Shown: positions 33,570 through 41,806 of the stretch, piece after piece
How the letters are laid out: every line of letters starts with the position of its first letter
Position numbering within the stretch: the stretch's first letter is position 1
Virus record (IMG/VR): IMGVR_UViG_3300025834_000005
Length of the DNA: 64,000 nt
Source of the DNA: a virus
Reading direction: 5' to 3' (one strand)
Program-made: the position numbers and the translations under genes
Notes under the pieces: model-generated
What the model saw: only the letters and a program-made list of their open reading frames with translations
Told to the model about the DNA's origin: nothing
Databases searched by the model: none

Positions 33570-33594
33570 CCTTTTCATTTGATTTACGTATAAC
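33565..33594 (+). promoter_or_regulatory. ECF-sigma-type promoter (TGTAAC-N16-CGTATAAC repeat)
   Basis: Exact N16; next ATG 33609. Confidence 0.7.
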
Positions 33595-33608
33595 ATAGAA
33601 AATAAATT

Positions 33609-34004
33609 ATGAGTGTAGATTTAAAATACCTTTTTATTTCATCTGAATTAACCACGAGGCTTATGGCAAAGGGCTTTAATGAATCTTGTGTTGCTACATG
33701 GTTTGCCGATGATACAAATGTTATTTATTATGGGCATCCTCATAATTTAAGGGATATTCCAGCACCTGTATATCAGCAGGTTGTTGATTGGTTTAGGATT
33801 AAACATGGGTTAATTATCGCATATGATATGTGTGAAATGAAATGCACGTATAATCCAGCTGAGAAATACCATAAATTCAGCCTATTTAAAGTAATTAACT
33901 GTAATAGCGTTAACGCTTTATCGTATAGTGCTGAGCATACATGCCATGATGAATATTATAAAGCATTTATATTTACAATTGAAGAAGCATTAAAACTTAT
34001 TTAA
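33609..34004 (+). CDS. paralog family A member 4 (131 aa)
   Basis: FISSELTTRLMAKGF, YQQVVDWFRIKH, IEEALKLI; promoter 33565. Confidence 0.75.
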   Translation: MSVDLKYLFISSELTTRLMAKGFNESCVATWFADDTNVIYYGHPHNLRDIPAPVYQQVVDWFRIKHGLIIAYDMCEMKCTYNPAEKYHKFSLFKVINCNSVNALSYSAEHTCHDEYYKAFIFTIEEALKLI

Positions 34005-34005
34005 T

Positions 34006-34506
34006 ATGACAGCAAAAGAAGAAAAGACACTTGAAACAATGATGAAAATTGTTCAGGATTTAAGGACTGAAAATACTTTATTCCGTCAGGATATTAAGAC
34101 TCAGGTTGAGGCTATTAAGGCTAAAACAGATAGAACATTTCTACCAGTTTCCTTGGAACAGGATATTTTAAAAACTGCTCAACGAGCTATTGGCGAAAGT
34201 ATTTCGAAGGTAATGACAGGCTATGACAGTCCATTGGTTAAGTTGGTTAAGTCCGTAGTTGATGAAAATTCAAGTACATTAAGGGTAATCATATCTGATA
34301 GCTTCAAGCAAGTAATATCAACTGACGAGTTTAAGCAATCCATTGTGTCAGCATTTTCTCATAAGGTAGCCAGAACGATCATATCCAACAATGATGGATT
34401 ATTCGACAAGGTTAGCAATGAGTTGAAACAAGATTCTGTATTCAAAGCAAGAATGGCGATGGCTGTTTCAAATGTTGTTGAGGAATGTCTAAGAGATAGA
34501 GAGTAA
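34006..34506 (+). CDS. hypothetical protein (166 aa)
   Basis: ORF track; tiling. Confidence 0.75.
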   Translation: MTAKEEKTLETMMKIVQDLRTENTLFRQDIKTQVEAIKAKTDRTFLPVSLEQDILKTAQRAIGESISKVMTGYDSPLVKLVKSVVDENSSTLRVIISDSFKQVISTDEFKQSIVSAFSHKVARTIISNNDGLFDKVSNELKQDSVFKARMAMAVSNVVEECLRDRE

Positions 34507-34519
34507 AAATATTCTTCTG

Positions 34520-34699
34520 CTGATAATAAACAATAGTGTAATCGGTGAGTTAACACCCACAAGGAATGGCGTACTATCCTAAGCTATAGTCCACTAAGGG
34601 ACGCTGTTTGTTATCAGGTTTTAATTGAAATGACTTAAGTTTACACATCGTTGAGAAATCGGCGTATCTGGTGACGATTCCAGAGTTCTCATTTCAATT
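34520..34699 (+). ncRNA. two-domain structured element in 3' UTR
   Basis: 13-bp stem 34520-34532 / 34605-34617 and perfect 11-bp stem 34623-34633 / 34689-34699; no ORF. Confidence 0.3.
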
Positions 34700-34765
34700 C
34701 ATATTACACTTACTTAGAGGTGTTGAGAAGAACTGTTAAGGTTATGGAAGATACTTGTTATTTTC

Positions 34766-34795
34766 TGTAACCTTTTTCATTCATATACGTATAAC
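34766..34795 (+). promoter_or_regulatory. ECF-sigma-type promoter (TGTAAC-N16-CGTATAAC repeat)
   Basis: Exact N16; next ATG 34810. Confidence 0.7.
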
Positions 34796-34809
34796 ATAGA
34801 AAATATATC

Positions 34810-34992
34810 ATGACAATTGCTGAAATAATTATCGAACGCAGGTTAAAAGCTGGTATGACCCAAAAGGAATTAGCAAAAAAAATGGCAATTCCTAAATATA
34901 GACTTGTTGAGTATGAGAATGGCAAGCATGAGCCGAGCTTTTTAACGTATAAGAATTTAGTGAGAATCTGTAACAACATCTATAAAATATAA
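34810..34992 (+). CDS. XRE-family helix-turn-helix regulator (60 aa)
   Basis: RRLKAGMTQKELAKKMAIPKYRLVEYENGKHEPS is a classic XRE HTH; promoter 34766. Confidence 0.7.
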   Translation: MTIAEIIIERRLKAGMTQKELAKKMAIPKYRLVEYENGKHEPSFLTYKNLVRICNNIYKI

Positions 34993-34995
34993 ACC

Positions 34996-35193
34996 ATGAG
35001 CAACGAAATTAAAGCTAAGGATAAGGTGGTAGTCTTCATCATGGGCGATACGCATACTGTTGAGGTTTTCTCAACTGATTCAAAATACATTTACTTTACT
35101 GACCCATCATATAAAGGCATTAAAGGTCTTGAACACAATCTATTCAGTAGATCGAAAACTACCGATCATATACTTCAAGTAAAAAAACTTTAA
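34996..35193 (+). CDS. hypothetical protein (65 aa)
   Basis: ORF track; tiling. Confidence 0.6.
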   Translation: MSNEIKAKDKVVVFIMGDTHTVEVFSTDSKYIYFTDPSYKGIKGLEHNLFSRSKTTDHILQVKKL

Positions 35194-35197
35194 CATA

Positions 35198-35779
35198 ATG
35201 AAAAATATAATTATTATTTTACTCTCAATCTTATTTGTATCATGTTATGTAAAAAACGATGAACGTAGGATTAGCGAATATCTCGATGCAACCGAGTACG
35301 AGTGTGATATTGTGTATATTCGTCCAGACAGTGCATATGTTTTAAATGCGTTAGATGATTTTAATATGTTAAAGAATAAAACTGATCGATCATTAGATTC
35401 AATCGATGCTTTGGAATTTCGTTTCTTTAAGACCGATGCATCTGTTCAGAGCTTAAGAGAATATGTCGATAAGGCAATGACCATTGCAAGGAACAACAAT
35501 GCTTTATATAGTGACTATGTGAAGCGGTTAAACTCTAAGCCAGAGGCTTGTTACAGAGTAAAGTATAGCGTAAAAATGGGAGCATCCAGAGAATATAAGG
35601 AAATGTTTTATGTCGTTAAACATATGTCAGATGGAAGCTTTTCAATGTGTTTCAGACCTGTTAATTCAGATTATTTCCTGATAGGCACTGACTACGTTTT
35701 TGATAGCTCCAAATGTTATATAGCTATTGGAGATTTTATAGATCGTAATTGGCTATATTCAGTATTTATATTAAATTGA
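35198..35779 (+). CDS. lipoprotein (193 aa)
   Basis: MKNIIIILLSILFVSC signal plus lipobox. Confidence 0.7.
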   Translation: MKNIIIILLSILFVSCYVKNDERRISEYLDATEYECDIVYIRPDSAYVLNALDDFNMLKNKTDRSLDSIDALEFRFFKTDASVQSLREYVDKAMTIARNNNALYSDYVKRLNSKPEACYRVKYSVKMGASREYKEMFYVVKHMSDGSFSMCFRPVNSDYFLIGTDYVFDSSKCYIAIGDFIDRNWLYSVFILN

Positions 35780-35783
35780 TTAC

Positions 35784-36677
35784 ATGGACATAATTAAAAT
35801 CATTAACGAGGAAATTGACGGACTATCCAAAGGATATATTTATCATGGAACTACAAAGGGTGCAGCTGTAAACATTCAGCGTACTGGTTACATGAAAATA
35901 TATGACACAGGCGATAAGTATTCTTCAATATCTTTCACTGGCAAAATAGATTATGCCAGATATTATGCCAAAGTCAAAGGTGGTCAGCGTGGACAAATCA
36001 TCTTGCGTACTCCATTAACATCTGACTTTACTTTATCCGATAAGATCGCACGTAACTCAGGCTATGAGTATGTGACGTTTAAGGAAATTCCTATTGACAG
36101 GTTAGAGGTGTTAGTAAATGAAAAAGAGTGGAAACCTTTAAGTAGTTGGGATGTTATCTTCAATGAGCCAAAGGCTATGAATGAGAGTGTTGAGCGCAGA
36201 GACATGACAATATCCTCAATGGGTTTGTTTGATCTGGAAGATACAATATTAAATAAGATTCCTAATGGCTGTCTATATCATGGAGCTAAAGATATCTCAT
36301 GGCTTCATAACGTTTCAGATATCGACACAGTTAGCCATACGGTTAATGCGGAATCCAAATATTTCTTTCTCGCAGTTAAGAAAGACACTGCTTTTAATTA
36401 CAGCACATCACCAGACCCTAAAAATACCTTGCAGAAGATATTAACAAAGGATAGCGGAATCTCTGCTTTTAAATTAAAAGCAGGTTCTAAATTTAAAAAG
36501 CTTGGTTCTTCTGACTATGGAGCAGCTAAGGATTATAAGGAAATGGAGTCTGTTTTAGACGATTATAGAAACAAAGGGTACGATTATGTGATTAACACAT
36601 GGGATGCCAATAATCATGTTATACTGAACAACAGCATACTATCACTAAAGGGAGTTTATTTCAATACGCCTGTATAA
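35784..36677 (+). CDS. two-module protein, possible PARP-like (H-Y-E) ADP-ribosyltransferase fold (297 aa)
   Basis: Module 1 IYHGT...SISFTGKIDYARYY...GYEYVTF; module 2 LYHGA...GYDYVI; pattern match by eye only. Confidence 0.3.
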   Translation: MDIIKIINEEIDGLSKGYIYHGTTKGAAVNIQRTGYMKIYDTGDKYSSISFTGKIDYARYYAKVKGGQRGQIILRTPLTSDFTLSDKIARNSGYEYVTFKEIPIDRLEVLVNEKEWKPLSSWDVIFNEPKAMNESVERRDMTISSMGLFDLEDTILNKIPNGCLYHGAKDISWLHNVSDIDTVSHTVNAESKYFFLAVKKDTAFNYSTSPDPKNTLQKILTKDSGISAFKLKAGSKFKKLGSSDYGAAKDYKEMESVLDDYRNKGYDYVINTWDANNHVILNNSILSLKGVYFNTPV

Positions 36678-36694
36678 GATATTCGTTTTTAATT

Positions 36695-36739
36695 AAAAAG
36701 GTTACAAGAAAGATTTATGGTCTTTCTTGTAACCTTTTT
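36695..36739 (+). terminator. terminator whose 3' arm is the -35 element
   Basis: AAAAAGGTTACAAGAAAGA / TCTTTCTTGTAACCTTTTT perfect 19 bp. Confidence 0.8.
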
Positions 36740-36757
36740 GTTTTACATACGTATAAC
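36728..36757 (+). promoter_or_regulatory. ECF-sigma-type promoter (TGTAAC-N16-CGTATAAC repeat)
   Basis: Exact N16; next ATG 36775. Confidence 0.7.
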
Positions 36758-36774
36758 AGAGAAAATAAAATTAT

Positions 36775-37029
36775 ATGAAAAATTCAGAGGTTGTCATTAA
36801 ATTTAGTCCAGAATTTATTATCAGGGAAATTAACGGCGAAAAAACATGTACCGTTGATATTACGTTCGATGTAAGTCGCTGTGCAGCAGACAAGATTAAA
36901 GATTTTTGTGAAGTACTTGGAATGAACAGTATGTTCTATAATCTGAAACTTAATGGTAATGATGTGACAACATTTGTAACATCTTTTGATTTTATTAACT
37001 CACTATTACGTGGACAGATTAGCTTATGA
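36775..37029 (+). CDS. hypothetical protein (84 aa)
   Basis: ORF track; promoter 36728. Confidence 0.7.
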   Translation: MKNSEVVIKFSPEFIIREINGEKTCTVDITFDVSRCAADKIKDFCEVLGMNSMFYNLKLNGNDVTTFVTSFDFINSLLRGQISL

Positions 37030-37640
37030 TTATAATAGACTCAAAAATATATAAAGGCAAAAAGTATTCCATTATCATTGATAAGGAAGATTATGAACGT
37101 GTCATGGCTTTCGCTCCAAATGGGTGGGAAATCAAATACACTAAAGGTTCTAATAATCCTTATGTGATAACCAGAAAGACTGTTGTTATTGATGGTGTAA
37201 AGGTTCGTAAAAATTACTATTTACATAGATTCGTTATGAATGTATTACATGATTCGAGCATTCATATTGATCACATTCACACCCAAACATTGGATAATCG
37301 TAAGTCTGAATTAAGAGCAGCTACGAGGTCGCAGAACATGAGTAATCGCACATCAAAGAAAACAAGTGCGTGTAAATTTTTAGGCGTTTCTTATTGCACC
37401 AGTGTAAAAGGTTTGAAGAAATATCGTGCAAACATAAAAGCAGAGCATGTAAAGAGTAACATTCATCTTGGTTATTATGCCGATGAAGATAGTGCTGGAC
37501 TTGCTTACAATCTGGCAGCGAGAGTTATACATGAAACATTTGCCAACTTAAACGATATTGATTACTCAAAGATCGTTGACAGAGTAAGCGTATCAAATTA
37601 CATTAAAGGTGTGCTACAAAAATATCAATTCATAAATTAA
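37026..37640 (+). CDS. HNH homing endonuclease with AP2-type DNA-binding domain (204 aa)
   Basis: HIDHIHTQTLDNRKSELRAATRSQNMSN (HNH) then KFLGVSY...KKYRANI...HLGYYADEDSAGLAYN (AP2-like). Confidence 0.75.
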   Translation: MIIIDSKIYKGKKYSIIIDKEDYERVMAFAPNGWEIKYTKGSNNPYVITRKTVVIDGVKVRKNYYLHRFVMNVLHDSSIHIDHIHTQTLDNRKSELRAATRSQNMSNRTSKKTSACKFLGVSYCTSVKGLKKYRANIKAEHVKSNIHLGYYADEDSAGLAYNLAARVIHETFANLNDIDYSKIVDRVSVSNYIKGVLQKYQFIN

Positions 37641-37645
37641 ACATC

Positions 37646-38044
37646 ATGAAAGAAGTCTTAATTAATTTTGAAACAGCTAATTTAGCCAAAGAAAAAGGAT
37701 TCACATTAGATCGTTATATAGACTCTGCATGTTATTTGCTGAATAAAGAATTATTCCCTTCGGTCTTTAGCCTTCAAAATTATGATTGCGGTGTAGGGAG
37801 AGAACTTACCAAATTTATCTATGCTCCAACTCAATCATTACTCCAAAAATGGCTTAGAGAGAAGTACGACACGCATGTTCAAATTGTGCTAACAGAGATT
37901 CAGGGTGAAGATATATATCCATACTATTTTTATTTAATGGGTATCACCAATAAAATACTTATCAGCAATCTTTCTAAGCAATTTCAAACATATGAAGAAG
38001 CTTTAGAGGCTGGCTTACAGGAAGCATTAAAACTTATACCATGA
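37646..38044 (+). CDS. paralog family A member 5 (132 aa)
   Basis: FETANLAKEKGF, TQSLLQKWLREKY, YEEALEAGLQEALKLI. Confidence 0.75.
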   Translation: MKEVLINFETANLAKEKGFTLDRYIDSACYLLNKELFPSVFSLQNYDCGVGRELTKFIYAPTQSLLQKWLREKYDTHVQIVLTEIQGEDIYPYYFYLMGITNKILISNLSKQFQTYEEALEAGLQEALKLIP

Positions 38045-38418
38045 AAGACGTTTACATCAGCTTTGAAACAGCTAAATTAGCCAAAGAAAAAGGATTTACA
38101 GAAGTTAGTCAATACCCTTTATGGTTTCATGAAAATGGTAAAGAAGCAGGTATGTTTGAAGATTTGTGGAATATAAAAAAATCTGAATATCTTGAACATG
38201 AATGTATAATAAGATCAACTCAATCATTACTCCAAAAATGGCTTAGAGAAATCAAAGACATTGATGTGTTTGCATACTCTGTTAGGTTCACAGGCTATCT
38301 CGAAATAGGATATTACACATATTCGATCAGAGGTGAAAGCCCTGTAAAGAACTATAGATTCGATACTTATGAAGAGGCGTTAGAGTTTGGCTTGAAAGAA
38401 GCGTTAAAACTTATTTAA
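38041..38418 (+). CDS. paralog family A member 6 (125 aa)
   Basis: FETAKLAKEKGF, TQSLLQKWLREIK, YEEALEFGLKEALKLI. Confidence 0.75.
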   Translation: MKDVYISFETAKLAKEKGFTEVSQYPLWFHENGKEAGMFEDLWNIKKSEYLEHECIIRSTQSLLQKWLREIKDIDVFAYSVRFTGYLEIGYYTYSIRGESPVKNYRFDTYEEALEFGLKEALKLI

Positions 38419-38421
38419 AAC

Positions 38422-38451
38422 TGTAACCTTTTCATTCGATTTACGTATAAC
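38422..38451 (+). promoter_or_regulatory. ECF-sigma-type promoter (TGTAAC-N16-CGTATAAC repeat)
   Basis: Exact N16; next ATG 38466. Confidence 0.7.
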
Positions 38452-38465
38452 GTAGAAAATAAGTC

Positions 38466-38864
38466 ATGAAGAAACATATTCCAACATCCGAAGAGATCGT
38501 CGCAAATAATAAAATATTTGCCTTGTTTATGGGTATGATACCTGTAAAGACATGGACTGCATACTGCGAAAGATTCCATTTGGAATGCGAAGTTGTAAAA
38601 TATTCGAATGGCTTATCCACTGATGATTTGGAATACCATAAGTCGTGGGATTGGTTAATGACGGTGTATGAAGCTATTAATCATAGAGCAAATGAAACAT
38701 GGCGATGTATGACTATTGGTCATGGTTGTTCGTTTGTTGACAATACCAAATTTAAAATGGATGAACAGTTTTATCATTGCACAGGCGATCTAAAACAAGA
38801 CGTATATGACTCTTGTTTAGAGGCTGTTGATTACCTTAACAATCCCGATAATTACAAGTTTTAA
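38466..38864 (+). CDS. paralog family B member 1 (132 aa)
   Basis: NNKIFALFMGM...WDWLMTVYEAIN; promoter 38422. Confidence 0.7.
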   Translation: MKKHIPTSEEIVANNKIFALFMGMIPVKTWTAYCERFHLECEVVKYSNGLSTDDLEYHKSWDWLMTVYEAINHRANETWRCMTIGHGCSFVDNTKFKMDEQFYHCTGDLKQDVYDSCLEAVDYLNNPDNYKF

Positions 38865-38873
38865 TTAAAAGCT

Positions 38874-39302
38874 ATGACACATTTTTATGAGGATAAGATA
38901 ATTGAGAATAATAAACTGATTGCCACCTTCGTGGGATTAATACTTACATGGGTTAGTACCAACAGTTATTTCGAACCAAATGATTGTGATTTAGATATTG
39001 TGTGCCCTGATGGGTTTGATCATGATACACAATTAATGTATTTGTATGATGAAGAACAGCCAGATCATTGCTATAAATTTAACACTGAATGGAATTGGCT
39101 AATGGTTGCCGTTGATAAGATTGAATCATTAGGCTATACATTCGATATATCCACAACAGGAGCAACATTTTTTGATAAGAAAGATATAGGCTCATGTAAT
39201 GGATATTTCAGCAAGGGCGATGGTACAAAAATAAATGCTGCTTATAGTGCAGTTGTTGCTTTCATTAAATGGTATAATAAGAAGTTTTCATTACCTAAGT
39301 AA
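38874..39302 (+). CDS. paralog family B member 2 (142 aa)
   Basis: NNKLIATFVGL...WNWLMVAVDKIE; palindrome junction. Confidence 0.7.
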   Translation: MTHFYEDKIIENNKLIATFVGLILTWVSTNSYFEPNDCDLDIVCPDGFDHDTQLMYLYDEEQPDHCYKFNTEWNWLMVAVDKIESLGYTFDISTTGATFFDKKDIGSCNGYFSKGDGTKINAAYSAVVAFIKWYNKKFSLPK

Positions 39303-39473
39303 ACGGATATTCTTGGAGATACCAATGGTGTCGTTGTCGTAAAACCCATCGATGATTGAGTTATTAATATCGTCTTTCAACGAAAATGTGTCGTGATAGA
39401 CGAATGGCTTTTGCTTATTAACAACGCAACTATTCATTGTAATTAAAAACATTAATACGATTAAAATTCTCAT
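39291..39473 (-). CDS. small lipoprotein on minus strand (60 aa)
   Basis: Track ORF trimmed to MRILIVLMFLITMNSC (signal plus lipobox); convergent with 38874..39302. Confidence 0.55.
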   Translation of the reverse strand: MRILIVLMFLITMNSCVVNKQKPFVYHDTFSLKDDINNSIIDGFYDNDTIGISKNIRLLR

Positions 39474-39549
39474 AATTCTTTTAATATAAATATTCGATAA
39501 AGAATTAAAAGTCAGCAAATTATATTACAATTCAGTTAATAAAATATTA

Positions 39550-39557
39550 CAAAAATA
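39550..39557 (-). promoter_or_regulatory. possible host-type -7 box TATTTTTG
   Basis: Minus strand, 77 nt upstream of lipoprotein ATG 39473; region also has ATATTACA x3 (39522, 39544, 39555). Confidence 0.3.
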
Positions 39558-39563
39558 TTACAC

Positions 39564-39743
39564 ATGATTAAGAAAACATCCTCAGAGTGGATTAAGGAAA
39601 CCACTATTATTGTATATGACCCTGATGGTTGGGACAGAGAGAATTACCAATTCTCATGGTTTGAGGAACTGATTACAAAAGAAGAGTTTGATAAACGTTT
39701 AATGGGTTCAACTGTCTTAAGCGGATTTAAAAAGAATTTGTAA
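39564..39743 (+). CDS. small protein (59 aa)
   Basis: Own translation MIKKTSSEWIKETTIIVYDPDGWDRENYQFSWFEEL...; stop inside TGTAAC. Confidence 0.5.
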   Translation: MIKKTSSEWIKETTIIVYDPDGWDRENYQFSWFEELITKEEFDKRLMGSTVLSGFKKNL

Positions 39744-39768
39744 CCTTTTCATTTTATTTACGTATAAC
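39739..39768 (+). promoter_or_regulatory. ECF-sigma-type promoter (TGTAAC-N16-CGTATAAC repeat)
   Basis: Exact N16; next ATG 39785. Confidence 0.7.
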
Positions 39769-39784
39769 ATAGAAAATATAAAAC

Positions 39785-40024
39785 ATGATACAGTTAAAGA
39801 TTAGTGACAAAAATTGGGTAAGTATTAAAGACGTTGAGTTCGAAATGTGTATTCCTTATTGGTGCAAAACCGAAAAGGGTGATATCGTTATGGCTGCTTT
39901 TTATTCAAACGATAGTTCTACAGGCATGGCTGAATGCTTTGTTGATGATGGTGGCTTGAAGATCAATGGAAATTCATTTTACATCCTGAAAAACGCTATG
40001 GTTCAACCTGTTATATTCAAATAA
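39785..40024 (+). CDS. hypothetical protein (79 aa)
   Basis: ORF track; promoter 39739. Confidence 0.7.
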   Translation: MIQLKISDKNWVSIKDVEFEMCIPYWCKTEKGDIVMAAFYSNDSSTGMAECFVDDGGLKINGNSFYILKNAMVQPVIFK

Positions 40025-40026
40025 TT

Positions 40027-40212
40027 ATGATAGTAAGAGCAAATGCCTCAAAAGATACTCTCAGAAGTGAAGTTCGTCAGTTAAAACAACACGCACATTG
40101 GCTTTATTTTGAGACTCGTAAGCACGAAAAGGAAATCGCAAAGCTAAATACAGAAGGCGTAAAAAATGCTAAAAGACTTGTGGAAATGGAAACACGTTTA
40201 AAACAAAAATAG
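40027..40212 (+). CDS. hypothetical coiled-coil protein (61 aa)
   Basis: ORF track; tiling. Confidence 0.6.
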   Translation: MIVRANASKDTLRSEVRQLKQHAHWLYFETRKHEKEIAKLNTEGVKNAKRLVEMETRLKQK

Positions 40213-40214
40213 TT

Positions 40215-40487
40215 ATGAATACAGATTCAAAATATTCAAACGACTACTATGATCACGTGATGGGTATAAAACCATCAACAGGCAATCTTGCGATTGTTTT
40301 TGATATTATCAATGATATATCGAATAGACGTGGAATCGGCAATGAGTTCGATGAAATAGATGCCGATATTCAGGATGAAATTGTTGAAAAATGGTTAAAA
40401 CTTATTGAAAATCATGTGGGGAAACATTTAAACAAAGTAAGTGGTGGTTTTATATACCCATCATTTCTATCATATTTCTGCCTATAA
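40215..40487 (+). CDS. hypothetical protein (90 aa)
   Basis: ORF track; tiling. Confidence 0.6.
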   Translation: MNTDSKYSNDYYDHVMGIKPSTGNLAIVFDIINDISNRRGIGNEFDEIDADIQDEIVEKWLKLIENHVGKHLNKVSGGFIYPSFLSYFCL

Positions 40488-40614
40488 TGAGCGCATGGTG
40501 CTTCAAAGGCGAAACGTCTGCAAACTGTCAATGGCGAATAATTCTTGTGTAATTCATTGTAATAGTGATACATACCTTATCTATAAGCATAATACTTGCT
40601 AAATATTTACAACC

Positions 40615-40830
40615 ATGAGATATTATATAATCCCTTTGATGGTCTTTTTATGTGGTTGGTGGACTGTTAGCTCTATAAAAAATATTTGGAGAAGTAGAAA
40701 GAATTATAGCATTAGACTAACATATTTCACATGTTTGTGGATTGCTTTAATGATTTCTATTACAGCGGAAGCCTTTATATTATGCATATCCTATCCTAAA
40801 TTTTGGGAATTTATAGCACGACACTGGTAA
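40615..40830 (+). CDS. membrane protein, 2 TM (71 aa)
   Basis: Hydrophobic stretches IIPLMVFLCGWWTV and LWIALMISITAEAFILCI. Confidence 0.6.
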   Translation: MRYYIIPLMVFLCGWWTVSSIKNIWRSRKNYSIRLTYFTCLWIALMISITAEAFILCISYPKFWEFIARHW

Positions 40831-40845
40831 TTTTAATTAAAAACT

Positions 40846-41073
40846 ATGGAAATAGAAATTTGTAACCGTTGCGACGGTAAAGGAACTGCGAAATCAATGG
40901 ACGGTTTAGGCGATTATACTTATGACACCTGTAAAAAATGTAATGGCACTGGAAGATTATTTACACGAACATATAAATATCAGGTGGCAATGGACTACAA
41001 CATCAGTAAGTTACACACAGCTGACGCTGAAATTTGTAACATAATCAGAGCAATGGAAAATAACACGTATTAA
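40846..41073 (+). CDS. DnaJ-type CxxCxGxG zinc-finger protein (75 aa)
   Basis: CNRCDGKG and CKKCNGTG repeats. Confidence 0.55.
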   Translation: MEIEICNRCDGKGTAKSMDGLGDYTYDTCKKCNGTGRLFTRTYKYQVAMDYNISKLHTADAEICNIIRAMENNTY

Positions 41074-41076
41074 GTT

Positions 41077-41382
41077 ATGGAAAATTTTACACATGGGGTT
41101 ATAGTGATTAATCCCTTATTAGCTAACGAAGAAGGCGTTCCAATTCTACATTTTGTAGGGTATTATGATGAACCAGATTCAGCGGATATCGAAGACTTAA
41201 AATTGGAGTTAGGTACTGACGAATCATTTGGCTTAGTCGAAATGCAAAATGCTGGCTTGCTTGAATATTATCCAGCAACACCAGAAATTCTTGAATACTA
41301 TATAGAAATTTCTCAAAACATTCCAGATGGCGTAAATGTTAGAGAAGTTAAACATGATATTACAGACCCAAGTAATAATTAA
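41077..41382 (+). CDS. acidic hypothetical protein (101 aa)
   Basis: ORF track; tiling. Confidence 0.65.
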   Translation: MENFTHGVIVINPLLANEEGVPILHFVGYYDEPDSADIEDLKLELGTDESFGLVEMQNAGLLEYYPATPEILEYYIEISQNIPDGVNVREVKHDITDPSNN

Positions 41383-41385
41383 GTT

Positions 41386-41532
41386 ATGATAGTAATTATA
41401 CTACCCGAAGCCGAATATTTGGTATCACATTATAATACCAAACAGTGGGAACAATCAGTTAAGATCACTAATTGGGAACATGACTTTGAGAAAAAGCAGT
41501 ATACTATAAAATATACTGAGAAGGAATCGTAA
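41386..41532 (+). CDS. small protein (48 aa)
   Basis: Own translation MIVIILPEAEYLVSHYNTKQWEQSVKITNWEHDF...; stop inside CGTAAC. Confidence 0.45.
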   Translation: MIVIILPEAEYLVSHYNTKQWEQSVKITNWEHDFEKKQYTIKYTEKES

Positions 41533-41557
41533 CCTTTTCAACTACTTTACGTATAAT
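41528..41557 (+). promoter_or_regulatory. ECF-sigma-type promoter, variant CGTAAC / CGTATAAT
   Basis: Exact N16; next ATG 41575. Confidence 0.6.
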
Positions 41558-41574
41558 ATAGAAAATAAATAATT

Positions 41575-41802
41575 ATGCCAGAAGCAAAATTTGAAACAAT
41601 TGTAGTGCATTCTCGTAGTAAAGAAGCTTGGAATATTATAAGCACGAGATTAGGCGCAAAATATAAGGTAGCTATCATTCCATATGTCGTAGGCGATGAC
41701 ACTAATGTCAACACACGTAATAGATTGGAAGCACTCGGACACGCTGAGTTTATTAGCGAATGTCTGAATCATTACGAAGAAGTTATGAACAAATTTCAAT
41801 AA
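41575..41802 (+). CDS. hypothetical protein (75 aa)
   Basis: ORF track; promoter 41528. Confidence 0.7.
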   Translation: MPEAKFETIVVHSRSKEAWNIISTRLGAKYKVAIIPYVVGDDTNVNTRNRLEALGHAEFISECLNHYEEVMNKFQ

Positions 41803-41806
41803 AATT

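Noticed and set aside
22715-35830. A shared peptide, IINEEID, at the C-terminus of the HAD phosphatase and the N-terminus of CDS 35784.
   Set aside because: It is only 7 residues long and the nucleotide sequences differ. This is most likely coincidence.
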